Of a stretch of DNA of 64,000 nucleotides, positions 35,901 to 48,029 are shown piece after piece (within the stretch, counting starts at the first letter, position 1; each line of letters starts with the position of its first letter). The stretch is taken from positions 94,178,001 to 94,242,000 of the forward strand of contig NW_027362768.1 in NCBI RefSeq assembly GCF_046119375.1, read 5' to 3'. Below the pieces are notes generated by a model. It was not told the origin of the DNA, did not search any database, and saw only the letters and a list, made by a program, of their open reading frames with translations. The translations under genes were made by a program, and so were the position numbers. The stretch is from Phyllobates terribilis (lineage: Eukaryota).

Positions 35901-37394
35901 CGTCTTATCCCTGTACCCAGCACACTTCTGTATGCTGCACTCGCTATGAAGAGGCTGCAGCTTTTATGGGGTGACCTCTACTGGTCAATATAGATACTGC
36001 AATATTATGCTAGTATAGACTGAACAAAAAATGATTTAATTTTCATGGAGTCCAGAAGTGTCACTGTCTTATTTCTTTAGTGCTTTATATCCTCTTTCCA
36101 CATCACCCTTTTCCTCTGTCGCCCAGTTTACTGCGGTTACACTGTGGCTGCAGTGCTGTTATATAACATTACTAGTGTAGGGCACGGATGCACAGATGCT
36201 TTTCTGCTGGAATCTGCTAAATTATATATGCAGACATGGGAATGACAAATACTGGGGTGTAACCAGATCTGTCACTAGGTTGTCTCAATAAAGGTGCTTT
36301 CACATTGCGCTTAGGCACCTGTTCACTGGCCCAGTCAAGGCATAAGTCCGGACTCCCCCTTCACAAACTGGATTTGGACATGTGCTCTGATGTGGCTGTA
36401 GACTATAATGGTGCCGGCAGAGTGAACGTACTCTCTGCTGTGTATCATTTTCGGGCGTGTACACCTACTATAGGCGGACACCCAGATGCAGTCTACTACA
36501 TCTGAGTGTCCACCTCCATTTTCATTCTGCCGGCACCCTTATAGTCTATGGCCCCGTCAGTGCATATGTCCATATCCTGATTTGAGGGGGTGGTTCGGAT
36601 GTAAGCCCCCAGCGGGGCCACTGAAACGGGTGCCTAAACGCAATGTGAAGGCTAGGGCTAGACTGCTTCGCAGCCAAAGATCGCTAGGTGCCACAGCTAC
36701 ATTTTGGCATATTGCAGGTGAATGGAGTCACAAGGTGCTGCACAGGCAATAAATTGCAAAAAATCCAACTTTTTGCAATATACATATTACAGTAATGTGA
36801 CCCCATTCACTTGTATTATGCCGCGATGTAGCTGTGGCACCGAGTGATATCTGGCCGCTCGATCAGAGCCAAAGTCCTCATCTAGCCCAAGCCTAACACA
36901 TATGAACATCTTACAGAGGGTCATTTGATTGAAGGGGTGCCATATGTTGCTGGAATTATCTTCCAAGTTTGGTGTATGTGAGTTTTGGAGAGTAATGGAC
37001 GGCTTCTCCCTCCTTGGTGTAATCCAGGTGAATGGAGTCACAAGGCGCTGCAACCGCGACAAATGAGTTGCAAAAAATCCAACTTTTTGCAACCTACATG
37101 ACTAGTTTATGCCGTGATGTAGCTGTGGCACCTGAGCGATCTCTGGCCGCACGACCTGTGTCGCAGCCAAAGTCGTCTTGTAGCCCAAGGCATATGAACA
37201 TCTTAGGGAGGGTCATTTGATTGAAGGCGTGCCATGTAATTCTAGAATTATCTGCCAAGTGCGGTGTAAGTGAACTTTGAAGAGTAACGATCTGCTTCTC
37301 TCCTTTCAGGCTGTACGGAGGCATGAACTACCGGCGGTTGGGTGGTGGAGTTGGCGTCATCAAAATGACACACTGTGAATCGCACATCTGGTAG
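11964..37394 (+). CDS. klhl20: Kelch-like protein 20 (BTB-BACK-6 Kelch; CUL3 E3 ligase adaptor), 11 coding exons, 609 aa
   Basis: Exons 11964-11986, 15587-16160, 25866-26024, 26980-27074, 28231-28346, 29758-29941, 30043-30186, 32197-32330, 33084-33292, 35639-35745 and 37310-37394 are all GT-AG, phase-consistent, and total 1830 nt. The translation [36 protein letters not shown]...[10 protein letters not shown] is recognisably vertebrate KLHL20. Confidence 0.98.
12262..12432. repeat. Hairpin with 80-bp arms and 11-nt loop; each arm carries a hammerhead-like motif (Penelope-type remnant)
   Basis: Arms 12262-12341 and 12353-12432 are near-perfect reverse complements. The motif is cagaggaagc...gcgaaacggctg(t/a)cag. 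Confidence 0.85.
12869..13316 (+). mobile_element. ~420-bp TTAA-type (T2/Kolobok-like) MITE, family copy
   Basis: aagggaatctg...cagatttc ends. Internal ccccaccact...gctttctg and cagcattcagag blocks are shared with the copies at 17043, 22768, 40004 and 44738. Confidence 0.7.
15587..16160 (+). CDS. klhl20: klhl20 coding exon 2 (BTB domain)
   Basis: ttttgtctgcag|g...caggag|gtaagc. Encodes LCDVVLVVG...[17 protein letters not shown]. Confidence 0.98.
17043..17452 (+). mobile_element. TTAA-type MITE, family copy
   Basis: ttaaagggaa...gatttcctttaa with the same internal blocks. Confidence 0.7.
17616..19194 (+). mobile_element. Full-length Tc1 (DD34E) transposon; transposase pseudogene 17911-18936
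   Basis: TIRs cactgttcaaaaaaaataaagggaacact / agtgttccctttatttttttgagcagtg with TA on both sides. The 342-codon frame has FTDES, QDNARPH and NPIEH (34 residues between D and E) and in-frame TAG at 18673 and 18829. Confidence 0.95.
19655..20211. repeat. Minisatellite, 15 copies of gattagccagcgtg with variable C-runs and cgact(g/a)gggg
   Basis: Directly visible. Long and short units alternate. Confidence 0.95.
22768..23192 (+). mobile_element. TTAA-type MITE, family copy
   Basis: ttaaagagaacc...cagattcccttttaa with the shared internal blocks. Confidence 0.7.
24352..24910. mobile_element. Foldback MITE with ~260-bp inverted arms, TTAA flanks
   Basis: ttaaagcgcacc...ggtgcgctttaa. The arms are reverse-complementary along most of their length. 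Confidence 0.85.
25866..26024 (+). CDS. klhl20: klhl20 coding exon 3 (BACK)
   Basis: ttacag|gttatg...ccacag|gtactg. Encodes [10 protein letters not shown]...RPQLPQ. Confidence 0.97.
26980..27074 (+). CDS. klhl20: klhl20 coding exon 4
   Basis: tctgtag|gtttta...tgcag|gtacgt. Encodes [31 protein letters not shown]. Confidence 0.97.
28231..28346 (+). CDS. klhl20: klhl20 coding exon 5
   Basis: ttaatag|ggac...ttgcag|gtacat. Encodes [17 protein letters not shown]...GEVLFA. Confidence 0.97.
28538..29740 (+). mobile_element. Non-autonomous TTAA element (ttaacccctt end), right end truncated
   Basis: Starts ttaacccctttaa, with a GC-rich left part and an AT-rich right part typical of amphibian ttaacccctt elements. 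No matching right terminus is found before the exon acceptor. Confidence 0.6.
29758..29941 (+). CDS. klhl20: klhl20 coding exon 6 (Kelch)
   Basis: tttacag|tcgga...gaaag|gtactt. Encodes [17 protein letters not shown]...LNSVE. Confidence 0.97.
30043..30186 (+). CDS. klhl20: klhl20 coding exon 7 (Kelch)
   Basis: cctttag|atatg...gaaag|gtatac. Encodes [14 protein letters not shown]...LNIVE. Confidence 0.97.
32197..32330 (+). CDS. klhl20: klhl20 coding exon 8 (Kelch)
   Basis: atatag|atatg...taccg|gtgagg. Encodes [14 protein letters not shown]...SPLNT. Confidence 0.97.
33084..33292 (+). CDS. klhl20: klhl20 coding exon 9 (Kelch)
   Basis: atttcag|ttgag...agcggg|gtatgg. Encodes [10 protein letters not shown]...TSRRSG. 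Confidence 0.97.
33375..35112 (+). mobile_element. Degenerate Tc1-like transposon with long TIRs (related to the element at 1-1521)
   Basis: cagtggggaaaa / ttttccccactg termini. [20 protein letters not shown] at 33741, KHGGGN and QHDNY. It has frameshifts, an internal deletion and a MITE insertion at about 34481-34652. Confidence 0.9.
35639..35745 (+). CDS. klhl20: klhl20 coding exon 10 (Kelch)
   Basis: gccgcag|gtggg...tggag|gtacgt. Encodes [18 protein letters not shown]...ANTW. Confidence 0.97.
36715..37309 (+). repeat. Diverged tandem duplication, period ~310 bp
   Basis: caggtgaatggagtcacaagg at 36715 and 37025, followed in both by catatgaacatctta...gggtcatttgattgaagg...gaattatct. Confidence 0.85.
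37310..37394 (+). CDS. klhl20: klhl20 last coding exon
   Basis: cctttcag|gctg...tggtag. Encodes [27 protein letters not shown]. Confidence 0.97.
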
Positions 37395-39518
37395 CCTCCC
37401 TGATCTGACAGAGCCTCTGTTCATGAACACTGCCAGAGACTTCCCTTATGAGAGCGGAATATAACCCCCTTGTGGTCCATGTTTCCACCAGGAGGACACC
37501 ATGGAACGCGTTATTACAGAAAATGATCTCCCTCAATAACGAATGATCTCAGTTTGGTTCCAATCAAAATATCCCAGAAAATTTGCAAGATTTTGTCTTC
37601 CCAATTTTTACATGGATCCTAAGGGTCTTAATAGCTCCATTTTGGAATGTGTTAGTATGTTCCTTTTTGACAGTAGGTGAAGAATGAGTCTTGTATCTTT
37701 TGGGGAGCTCTGAAATTGGCACGTCATGGAATAATATCACTCCTGGTGGCACCAAACGTGAGGGTGAGGAAGTTTACCTGCATGTTATCTTGACCTGAAT
37801 AGATCGTTGACGATCCACGAACTAGGGTTATGGTTGCTGATGTCAGAAATCGTATCAGTACATGGGGTTTATACATGTCCGAGACTGCTCGTTCTTCATG
37901 ACCTGGCAAATATGAGATTTTATAGCAAGACGCAGTAACGACTGCTTTCAAAGTGAAGATCTTCATCCCCCATGGGATGCTCCCAAAAGACGCTTATCTA
38001 ATGAGCCTTTTCCAAACCTAGTAAGATGCTGCAGTACTCTCTTCGTATGGCCACGTGCACTAGTGTCTCCTAGTTTCCTTGTGCCTCTAAAACCTGCTGC
38101 ACTGATTGCTACCACGTATACTGGTCCTGGCCACGACTAGGCTACTCTCAAGCAGCAATTGCCTTGTGAAGATGTAGCAAAAATTGTATAGTTTGTGTAT
38201 GAAATGGAAATATTGTGGGTCAAAAAGCAAAAAAAAGCAGTACACTACCGATATGTAAAAAACAATAGTATTACATGACCTACTTCATGCACAGACCTGG
38301 CGGCAAATTTCCAGCAATTTATGTTTCTGCAGATGGCCCGTCCCACACGTGGTTGGGATATAATAAGGTGCTCATGTCAAAAACTTATTTTTACGCTCCA
38401 GTTTGTGTTATAGCCATGAGGTTCTGTGTTGTCTGCTACACTCTCGTCTCAAAGGCTTTGCCAGAAAAAAAAAAGATGTATTGTACTGTGTTTAGCGTCA
38501 TCATCGGTAGATGGGGGGGGGGGGGGGGACAAAATGTCCTTCAATGCACTTGACATATTGCATAAGGCAGGAGAGATCTCTAGATGGAGATTTCACAATT
38601 TTATAGGGCTTGGGCTACAAAGGATAGATGTTAAGATGTTTTGATTACTGAAGGTCCTTCTGCTGGGAGCCCCCCACCAGAATATGGGTCTCCTGTCCCC
38701 TGTTTAAAAGGAGCTATGTCATCACTTCATTAAAGAGTTTGTCCACTACTCTGACAACACCACCTTAAATACTATATTCCCCAATGTTAAATAAAAGTAC
38801 CTTTCCAGCACTGTTGGCACCGGATCTCCCGATGCTCTCTTGACAATGTTATGCTACGTGAGCCCTGCAGCCAGTCAGTTGTCGCTGTTGTGCTGCTGCA
38901 TTCTCACTTATTCCGCTAGTCCAAGGAAAGTGAGAGCGCAGCAGCTTAATAGCAGCTGTTGATTATTGTGCCATGTAAGCCCTGCAGCCAATGTTATGCG
39001 AGCCTCGGGAAACCCGGCGCTGGTATAGGAGATGAGTATAGGGTATTTTTATTTTACATGGGGAATATAGTATTTAAGAAGGGGTTGTCCTAGTGCTGTC
39101 AACCCCTTTAAATCTTTTTGGGACTGGCAGAGATAGAGATAGCCAAGCATTGACTGCCATCAGACAGCGATCAAACATTTATATGTGGACAGGTTTTTGG
39201 GGTTTGTTTTTTTTGTGGGCCAACCCTTTAGAATAATGTAGCTGTTCTCCCTTATTGATCCCATTCCTTTGGCAATTTTATCACGCGCATTAGGGTATAG
39301 TTAGCAACATACTGACCCCGAATCAATCAAAACTGTGTAGTATATATCTTCATGTGGGAATGGTGATCAATGACTCACATAAATTTCTGTACATTTGTAT
39401 GAATGTTTTTAGTTAATTTATGCATACTGTAAATATAACTTATCCCATGTACAATACGATGCATAGTCTGCACCATTATTACCAGAGGATATAAAAACCT
39501 GAATTAGTATAAGTTTAT

Positions 39519-40007
39519 TTAAAGAGTAACCAAACTTTATTTGGTGTTTAGTTATACACTACAAAAATTCATAACTCTGCAATGACTGGAGCATTTCATT
39601 ACCTTATTTTGCTTATTTCTCTGCCAGCACTATACTGCAGTGCTCTTTCAATGCCCTGTCCATACCTCTTTAGAAGCTGCTTTTAACTGCTGCTGAGCAA
39701 GAGCCGCACACTATTTTAAAACAATCAGAGTAGGGATTTTCTCATGTGTGAGCTGCTTTGCTCCCAACCTTGCTGCTCAGACATGAGAAAATCCCTACTC
39801 TGATTGTTTTAAAATGGTGTGCGGCTCTTGCTGAGCAGCAGTTGAAAGCAGCTTCTAAAGGAGCATGAACTGGGCATTGAAGCAACGCTGCAGCATAGTG
39901 TTTGGAAGAGAAGGAAGCAAAGTAAGATAATGAAGTGTATTACAAAAATTCATAACTTCTAATGACTAGAGAAGAATTAAAAAAAAAAAGTTTTAGTTAC
40001 TCTTTAA
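39519..40007. mobile_element. Foldback MITE with ~200-bp inverted arms, TTAA flanks
   Basis: ttaaagagtaac...gttactctttaa. The central arms gagccgcacactattttaaaacaatcagagtagggattttctcatgt match their reverse complement. Confidence 0.85.
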
Positions 40008-40410
40008 AGGGAATTTGGCAGCAGTTTTTCCGCTATGTAATGTGAGATCAACATGGTGTAGAGACAGAGACCCTGATTCCAGCGATGTCACTTACTAGGT
40101 TATGTGTTGCGGTAGTTTGGATACAATCAGTGTTTTGTGAGCAGGAGATTGACTACAGAACTAGGTGTCTCCTGCCTCCTAGTAGGCTAGTCTATATAAC
40201 CACGCCTCCATCACTGATTGGCAGCTTTCTATTTAGCTGCCAATCAGTGATGTGGGCGTGGTTATACAGGGCTCAGCATTCTGAGCACTGCTAGATCTGC
40301 AGCAGAGAAAACTGATTGTATCAAAATGACAGCAATCAGCCCAGTAAGTGATACATGCTGGAATCAGGCTGTCTGCATCATGCTGCTCTCACATTACATA
40401 GTCGCAATGG
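40004..40410 (+). mobile_element. TTAA-type MITE, family copy sharing its TTAA with the preceding element
   Basis: ttaaagggaatttggcagcag with the shared internal blocks. The right end is approximate. Confidence 0.6.
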
Positions 40411-43400
40411 TTAAGGGAACCTGTCACCAGCTTTCTGCTAACTGTGGAATTTAATTTTTTTTTAAAAAAGTTACCTTTTATCCACAAAAAAATGCTTCAC
40501 TTGTTTATGGGCTGTGTCTGGTAATCCCTTAAGTGGTGATAATGATGCAGTTCATGACACCGCGCCTGGTCAAAAGTCGTGCTGATTCTGGGGAAAAAAA
40601 AACAACTCCTTGACAACACTTCTAGACTTGGCAGATCTGCGAATTACAGTAGCAGCATTGTGAGCGAGATTTTAGGAAATGTGATGTACACGCTGCAGAT
40701 TTGGTTATATGTGCAGCAAATTCACACCATCCCTACAACTGAATCTGCTGCAGTTCCACAGCAATACGACCTGTGTGCATACAAACACTTACACTTCCTA
40801 TTAATGCTTAAAAAAAATGCAATGCAAGTTTTAACTCAGTTTTTTTTATGAATTTATACTATTTTTTTATTATGGAGCATTCAAATTAATGCAAAAACAA
40901 TGCTGTGCTTAGGGCATGCTGCATTAAACAAAGTTAAAAATGGATAAACATAGTACATGAACGCACGAGCCCTGCCCCCCCCCCCCAAAAAAAAAAGCTT
41001 TATATGCAATGTGTTTAATAAGTGACCTCTTACTGCATAAAAAAGCAACTAAAAAGTTGCAAAAAAAACAAATGCCTGATTAATTTGTGATTTATTTATT
41101 TTTTTATTTTTATTTTTTTAAGGCTATATTCCCACAATGGGTCTTCGGTGAGTTATTTACGCTGCATATTTTCGGGGGAAAAAAAGAAGCTAGTAACCTA
41201 ACTTACTTAATGGATGCAGAAAATCTGCAACATCAAAAGCTCATCGTGAGGACGTAGCCCAAGTCACTTTTTGTTTTGTTTTTGTCTTTTAGTATGTGTT
41301 GTTTTTTTTTTTTTTTTTTTTCACCAAATTCTTCAAAATGAGACACGTGGTTCATGAATTTTTCTTAGACTCCAAAAGGCTCTTTATTTTTGTGGGAGGG
41401 TCGGTTGGCGCTCGCACTAGCAAGCTAGCCATTTAATTCCCACTGTCAGTGACTGACAGCGGCATTTAAATGGTTAAACAGCTGCGATGGGAGCTAGCTC
41501 TGCTCTCTGCTGTTACAGGCAGATGCTGTGCCTGGGTAACACAACCGGCAGTATGGTGCAGGCTCAGTTTCTGAGCCTGCTCTGTACACCCGCTGCCGAC
41601 CACATGGCGTAAATTTTATGTGACATGGTCGCGAAGAAGTTAATGTACTACAGTGTTTACCTCCCTGGACAAAACGAGTGTGATTTACAAATTAAAGGTA
41701 TTTATGAATTTATTTATGATGACTTTTTTTTTTTCTTTCTTTATTATTATTTTCAATTTTTTTTTCCATTTCTGGACAACTCGTTTAACAATTCATTTTG
41801 CACTGGAAACTTTTGGTTCATTTCTGCCTTGAGATCAGGAGTGCCAGTGACCTAATGATAATATATGTATAACGACACTTGCAGGAAATTTGTATTAGTT
41901 GTATAATCGAAGTTTATCAGCAACATTCCACATAAGAGAGTTAATAGGATGTCCTATATAAAATCTGACCGGTTAATATAATTTAGGATTTTCCTGTAGG
42001 ACATATTCCTGAAATTAGTGTAAGCAAAAAGTGATGGTGTCTTATAAAGCAAGAATACAGACTCGTGGCTTTACAGCGTCTGTGTGTGCACCTATGTGTG
42101 CATAATAAATATACACAATCATGGTCAAAAGTATTGGCACCCTTGAAATTGTTCCAGAAAATGAAGTATTTCTCCCAGAAAATTATTGCCATTACACATG
42201 TTTTGTTATAGACATGTTTGTCCTTTGTGTGTATTGGAGCAACACAAAAAAAACAGAGGAAAGGCAAATGGGACACAATTTCACACACAACCCCAAAAAT
42301 GGGCCGGACAGAATTGTTGCTTTATATATCTGGGCACAGTCATGCTGAACAGAAATATACTTTCCCCAAACTGTTCCCACAAGGTTTCAAACGTACAATT
42401 GTCCAAGATGCCTTAGTATGTTGAAGAATTTAAGGGGTTTTCTTCTCCTTATATTGGGAATATTGCAGGGTGTTCGTAAAAACAAGCTTTTTTTTGTTTT
42501 TACTGTTTACCTCTTATTAAAAATCCACTTTGCTTTCGAGAACAAAGCGGTTTTTTTTAACCCCTGTTTGCAGTTTGTTGCCTTTTTAAGGTATGTTCAC
42601 ACTAGGCGTTTTTTTTATGCACATTTTCAGCTTTTTACAGTACCAGCAAAGTCTGAGATTTCAGAAATCTCATGCACACACATTTTTTGTGTCATCAGTA
42701 TTTTAGTACTTTTCATGTTTTTTTTTCACAATAGAGCATGTCCCTTCTTTCGGGGTTTTCACCCATTGAAAGTAATGGGTGGTGAAAAAACGCCTAGTGT
42801 AAACATAGCATTCAGGTTTTGCTGCGTTTTAGTGAAGAAAAGCAAGTACAGCAGTATGTGAAACTCATTTATTTTTGTGATTTTCCCAAGTTTACCATCT
42901 TGTCTTGGTCATTTGAGATGGCAGTTAGGATTAGTGCAGTTTAATTAAATTAGTGATGCTTAAAAAAGTAAACATTGGCCAACCGTGTATTGTTCAATCT
43001 CACACCTTGGTCAGGCAGTGTTTTACTTTTGTATGAATTACTAATTTAATTAAACTGTACTAATACTAACTGTGGCTGACATAGGTGGGAAATGGAACAA
43101 TGCCTTAGCAACTCAATGGCAGACTTAAGTGTGAAAGTTAAGCCGTGTCATACAAACTCAATTCACTGCCATTTGTGACCTGTGTTAATGCTTTTGTGGT
43201 GGAAGCAAAACTGAATTTTGGGACCCTGAAAAACGCACCAATACCTGCTTTTTTGTTGCAGATTCTTTCCTGCCAACAGATCAGGTTTTGCTGCAGAAAA
43301 AAAACTGAAAAAACACCTAGTGTGAACATGCCGTAAATGTTTCACAAAATCCTAGGCAAGGAGTGCATGCGCTCGCAACCTGTTTGCCATACATCCCCTC

Positions 43401-44737
43401 TATTATTTCTCTTAACTAGAAGTAATGGCCTTGGCCGCCAACCCCTTTAAAAACAACGCAATAACTTTATCCATTTTTACATGTTTTAATTTTAGGGGTG
43501 ACAACATGCAGTCAGACAGGTAACATTCTCCTGGCATTTGCCAAATCCAGCCTCGGCCACCAGACTGTCAGATGGAGAAGTGTGATTCATCACACGACAA
43601 AACACGTTTCCACTAACCTAGAGTCCAGTGGCTGCGTGCTTTACTCCACTTCATCTGAAATTTGTCATTGTGCTTGGTGATGTTAGGGCATGAGCACATG
43701 TTTCTTTCATGCTGATTCCGCCTGGAACCTGCCTGAAAAAGCGGCACAAAAATGACCACAACGCACCGCAGTGTCAAAGCGACATTTCTGTGCACACGTT
43801 CCGTCATGTCACCTCTTTTACCTGCTTTACGATTCATAAACCTTGACGTGGTTAAGAAGAAGTAACATGTTCATTGGGGGCTACGTTGGAAACCACCCAC
43901 TCTATGTACTTGAAAGTATTAGGACACGTTCAGTATTTGTAAGCCAAAACCCGGAGTGGGTGATAGAAACACGTACACCACTTCTGCATTTATTATACTT
44001 TTCCTCGGATTGTTCCACTACTGATTTTGGCTTACAAATACTGATGTAATATGCTGAACGGGGCCTAAAGCAATGATGCCTGGCCCTCCGCCGCAAGAAC
44101 AACTGAAACGCTTCAGAAAAATGGCGGTGGTCATCTTCTTGAAGTGTTTTTGCCTTGGAAAATTCTGCAATTCCACCGCCGTCTTAAAGGTTCCATGTGC
44201 GCCATACATTAAGGCTGGCATGCAGGTTCTCGGCCATGGAAACCCATGTCATGCATCTCCTGGCACACAGGTTTTGGTGCTGATGTTATTCCCACAGGAG
44301 GTTGTAACTCTTAACTTTACTTGGTCTCCACTTTGTGGCCAAGTTTGTGCAATTCTTAGATGCTTCCACTCTTCGATAATACTATTTACTATGGAAAAAA
44401 AAAAATCACAAACTGTTAAAGAACCGCGTTCAAGTTCATTGAGCTGTTTAGAATGAACCATCCTTTCCCAAATGTTTGTAATAGCAGACGGCATGGCAAG
44501 CGGCTGGATCTTACACATTTTTGGCAATGGAATGAATGAAAAAACTGAATTAACTGTAGTAAGATTTATGCCCCAATACTTTTGTCCATCTCCTTTTTGT
44601 CTCTGTGTACCAAGGAAGAGTCTCAACATCTATCTAAATGTTAAAAGGAGGCAATGACCAATACCTATTATGTCAGAAAATGCTTTATCTATACATGAAC
44701 AAATGCCATACAGTGGAATCAATCACCTGTGACCCCT

Positions 44738-45117
44738 TTAAAGGGGACCTGTCATTAGGTGATTGCTATGCAGGCAGCAGGCGATAGAGGCTGAAACAGA
44801 ATTCAGGGATGTGTCACTTGTTAAAGTGCTTGCTGTCGTTTACTAACTGTGAAGCATTTATCACTAAGAGATTAATATTGCTAGTCTGGCAACGCCCCCT
44901 CCTGTGATAAGCAGCTCACTGTCTATGGACATTATATATGGAGAGCCTGTTGTGGGTGGGGTTAGCTTTCTCAGCTCTGCTTCATTCTAATCTAAAAACT
45001 CTGTCCGAACTGCGGCATCCAGTAAACTAAGTGATACATCGTTGGATTCAGGATCTTTCCCTACATTATGCTGCTCTCAGATAAGGTAGCAAAAACCCGC
45101 TGACAGATTCCCTTTAA
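44738..45117 (+). mobile_element. TTAA-type MITE, family copy
   Basis: ttaaaggggacctgtca...tgacagattccctttaa. Confidence 0.7.
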
Positions 45118-48029
45118 GTTGTCTCATCTAACCGCATCTCTATATATTTCCTCTGCTCTGGAGCTGTAGTAATATATTCAGTAGTAATATATAAAGTCGT
45201 GCACAGAGGGAGTTTTTGAATGGGGAAAACATGTTGGTGCCATGTCTTGTGACCTGACCCTGTAAATGAACATTTGAGAGTTGGTATTTGAACATGTTAT
45301 GTGTAGATAAGTCTCACAACTTGTGCAACTTTTTAGAACATTTGGTGCATTTTTTCCGCTTTCTCATCTCATAAACCCATTTGTGCAGATCCATTAGATT
45401 GATAAGGGCCTGGCAATGTAAAGAATTATAAGTGTCACATCAAGTGCATTGTATGGTCGTGCTTCCTCTTTATGTACAGCTCCATTTTGGAGAGACTTTT
45501 GGTCACAATCCTAGAGATATGTTAGAAAATACTATGTATTGTGGAGTGTTGGTAAATGCACCACAAGTTGCCATCGAGAGGCCCGACTCACGATTCCATT
45601 AAACGACTTTTCTCTTGCCTTGTCTGTGATGGAAGATGCTAGATTTCTCCATGTCTGGTTCATTTTCAGCTCAATAATGTGAAATTCTGACCCCACCCTG
45701 TCCTCAGGTGCCCATAGACTGCAGAGCCTGGTGAGAAGACCCTATTGCAATCTCTGACCGTTAGGAATTGTGCGCGCACCCATCAGCCATGTCAAGTCTA
45801 CATTTTGGCAACGGTTATGGACCTGGACGTTAATGTGATCTGAAATGCTCATGGCTGTAATGACAAAGTATAGGAGACTGAATAAATATTCCATACACCA
45901 CCTTTTACCTAATTGTTACCCAGAAAATGAACCATCTCATGTTTCTTACCTGCTACTCAGTCTCTGCTTAAAAAATAAAGCCCAAGCAGAATAGTAAAAT
46001 CTGGAGAGTATGTGCACAAAAGGTAAAGGCTGCCGAGAATTTGCACCTTTTTATAAAGTGTTGTGTAAATAAAATGTTTACTTGATCACATTTGCATTTT
46101 TTTAGCATGTGTAAAGTGTAAAAAGAAACAAACGCATAAAATAAATAGTTGTTTTTTTTTTACGTGTACTTTTTGGCTTTTAAGTCCACTCGATACATCA
46201 CATTGATAAAACTCCTAAGTTCTTCAAAATGCAGTTGTTTTCCTCCCAGTAATACATGCTGGACATGAAGTTTATTTATCCAGCAAGTGTGTAGAGTAGT
46301 CCAATTTTTGCATGTACGAGAAAATTGGACCAATTATTCTGATCAGAGTGTGGTCCAAGTGTCATCCGTTTTTCTTGTATGTGGCAAAATAAAAAAAAGT
46401 TTCTCCCCCTCTCCATTCTGACAGTCTGTGAAAATTGGACCGCACTCCGATGTCATCTGAGTACGGTCTGATTTTTTTCACAGTCCCCATGTTTGAACAT
46501 AAGTCTCCTTTATTAATCTGTGGAATTAGTGATCCTGGCCAGCCAAAACCTTCAGCTTAAGGCGGCCTGCTCAGGCACAAGGCACTTACAGCACCCAGCC
46601 CAGACCCACTCTTTCATGTTGCGTGCCAGGGGGTTGGAGGAGAAGACGAGTACCTCGCCCAAACCTACCACGCCGTGCTATGATTATCGAGCAGGTTAAT
46701 TAATTTCATATTTTCATAGATAAGACTTTTCTGGATGCGGTGATACCACATGTATTTTTTCTTGTTTATTTTTAATGGCGGAAAAGGGGGTGATTTAACT
46801 TTTTTTTTTTTTTTTATCGAATGTTATTTGCTAGCAGGGCTGTGGAGTCAGTGGCCATTTTGGTGGCGTCGGTATAAAATGGATCGATTTCGGCTCATAA
46901 AATATATAATAAATTGGGTTCAGTAGTACAATGCAAGATGTGCTGTAGATTTTTTTCATAAGAATTTGGGAAAGATATGAAATCTATAAATGTCTGTTCT
47001 GTTCCTGATCTAAGGATCTTGGCGTTTAGTTGACATGAATCTGTGCTGCACTTTATGTACACGCTCAGTAGTGATGCTGGGCTGTGGAGTTGGAGTTGGA
47101 AGTTAGGGAAATTGAGGAGTTTGAGTCAGAGGATTGGCTTAGCAACTCCACAGCCCTGTTTTAGTTCCCTTAGGGGACCTGAACCTGCGATTGCTTTAAC
47201 TATACACCGCAATACCACAGTATTGTAGTATATAGCAAAATTCACAGTCTCCTTCAAAGCCTGGCCACAGACTGGGTTTCAAGGATGCTCTGTGATGGCA
47301 TTCAAGGAAGTTTTCAGCATAACCTCGGCTGTCCTAGCAGCCCATCGACGCCGTTGGGCACATAGAATGACTTGCCCCCATGCTGGAGAGCTGTGCCATT
47401 GTTCTTGGTAGCACAGGTCATATATTCTGGTTTGGCTGGGTGAGAGTCCTCTGAAGAAGTAAAGTTTCTCCTTGTGGAGATCACCATGTTGGCATTGGGA
47501 GATTTATTGGCTTTAGAAGTATTGTCACAGTTTTTACAATCTGTGTTCATCTATGATTTTCTCTTATGAAAAAGAGAAATTTTTGAAGCTCAACCACTGC
47601 AATTTTAAAAATGGATTTTGGTTTTTGGACACTTCAACAAATTCCATGTGAACATGCCTTATAAATTATAGACAGTGCTCATTTCCTATGATGATTGCCA
47701 AAAAAAAGTCATAACTTTTCTGGCCTTTGTTTATACCAAAAACGTATTTATTTCCAAGCTGTAGTCTGTTTTGTTAAGTTTTTTTTTTAATTTGTTATAA
47801 AATTATCAGTTTGGTTTCTGAATTCATGTATAGGAAACTATAAACCTTATGCACCACACCGCAGAAATCCTACTTGTGATGAAAGGAATTTCAGGAAAAC
47901 AGTGGAATATACCTCCCAAAAAAAAAAACAAGCCCCAAACCGGTTTCTTACACTGCCACACCCTGATTTACGCAATGCAGAGAGTAAATTAACTTTCAAA
48001 GCAGAACAGTATGAAGATTGTCAGGGATC

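Noticed and set aside
47314-47550. 78-aa minus-strand ORF and neighbouring frames as a possible exon of another gene (e.g. CENPL)
   Set aside because: No recognisable homology or convincing splice pair in any frame I translated.
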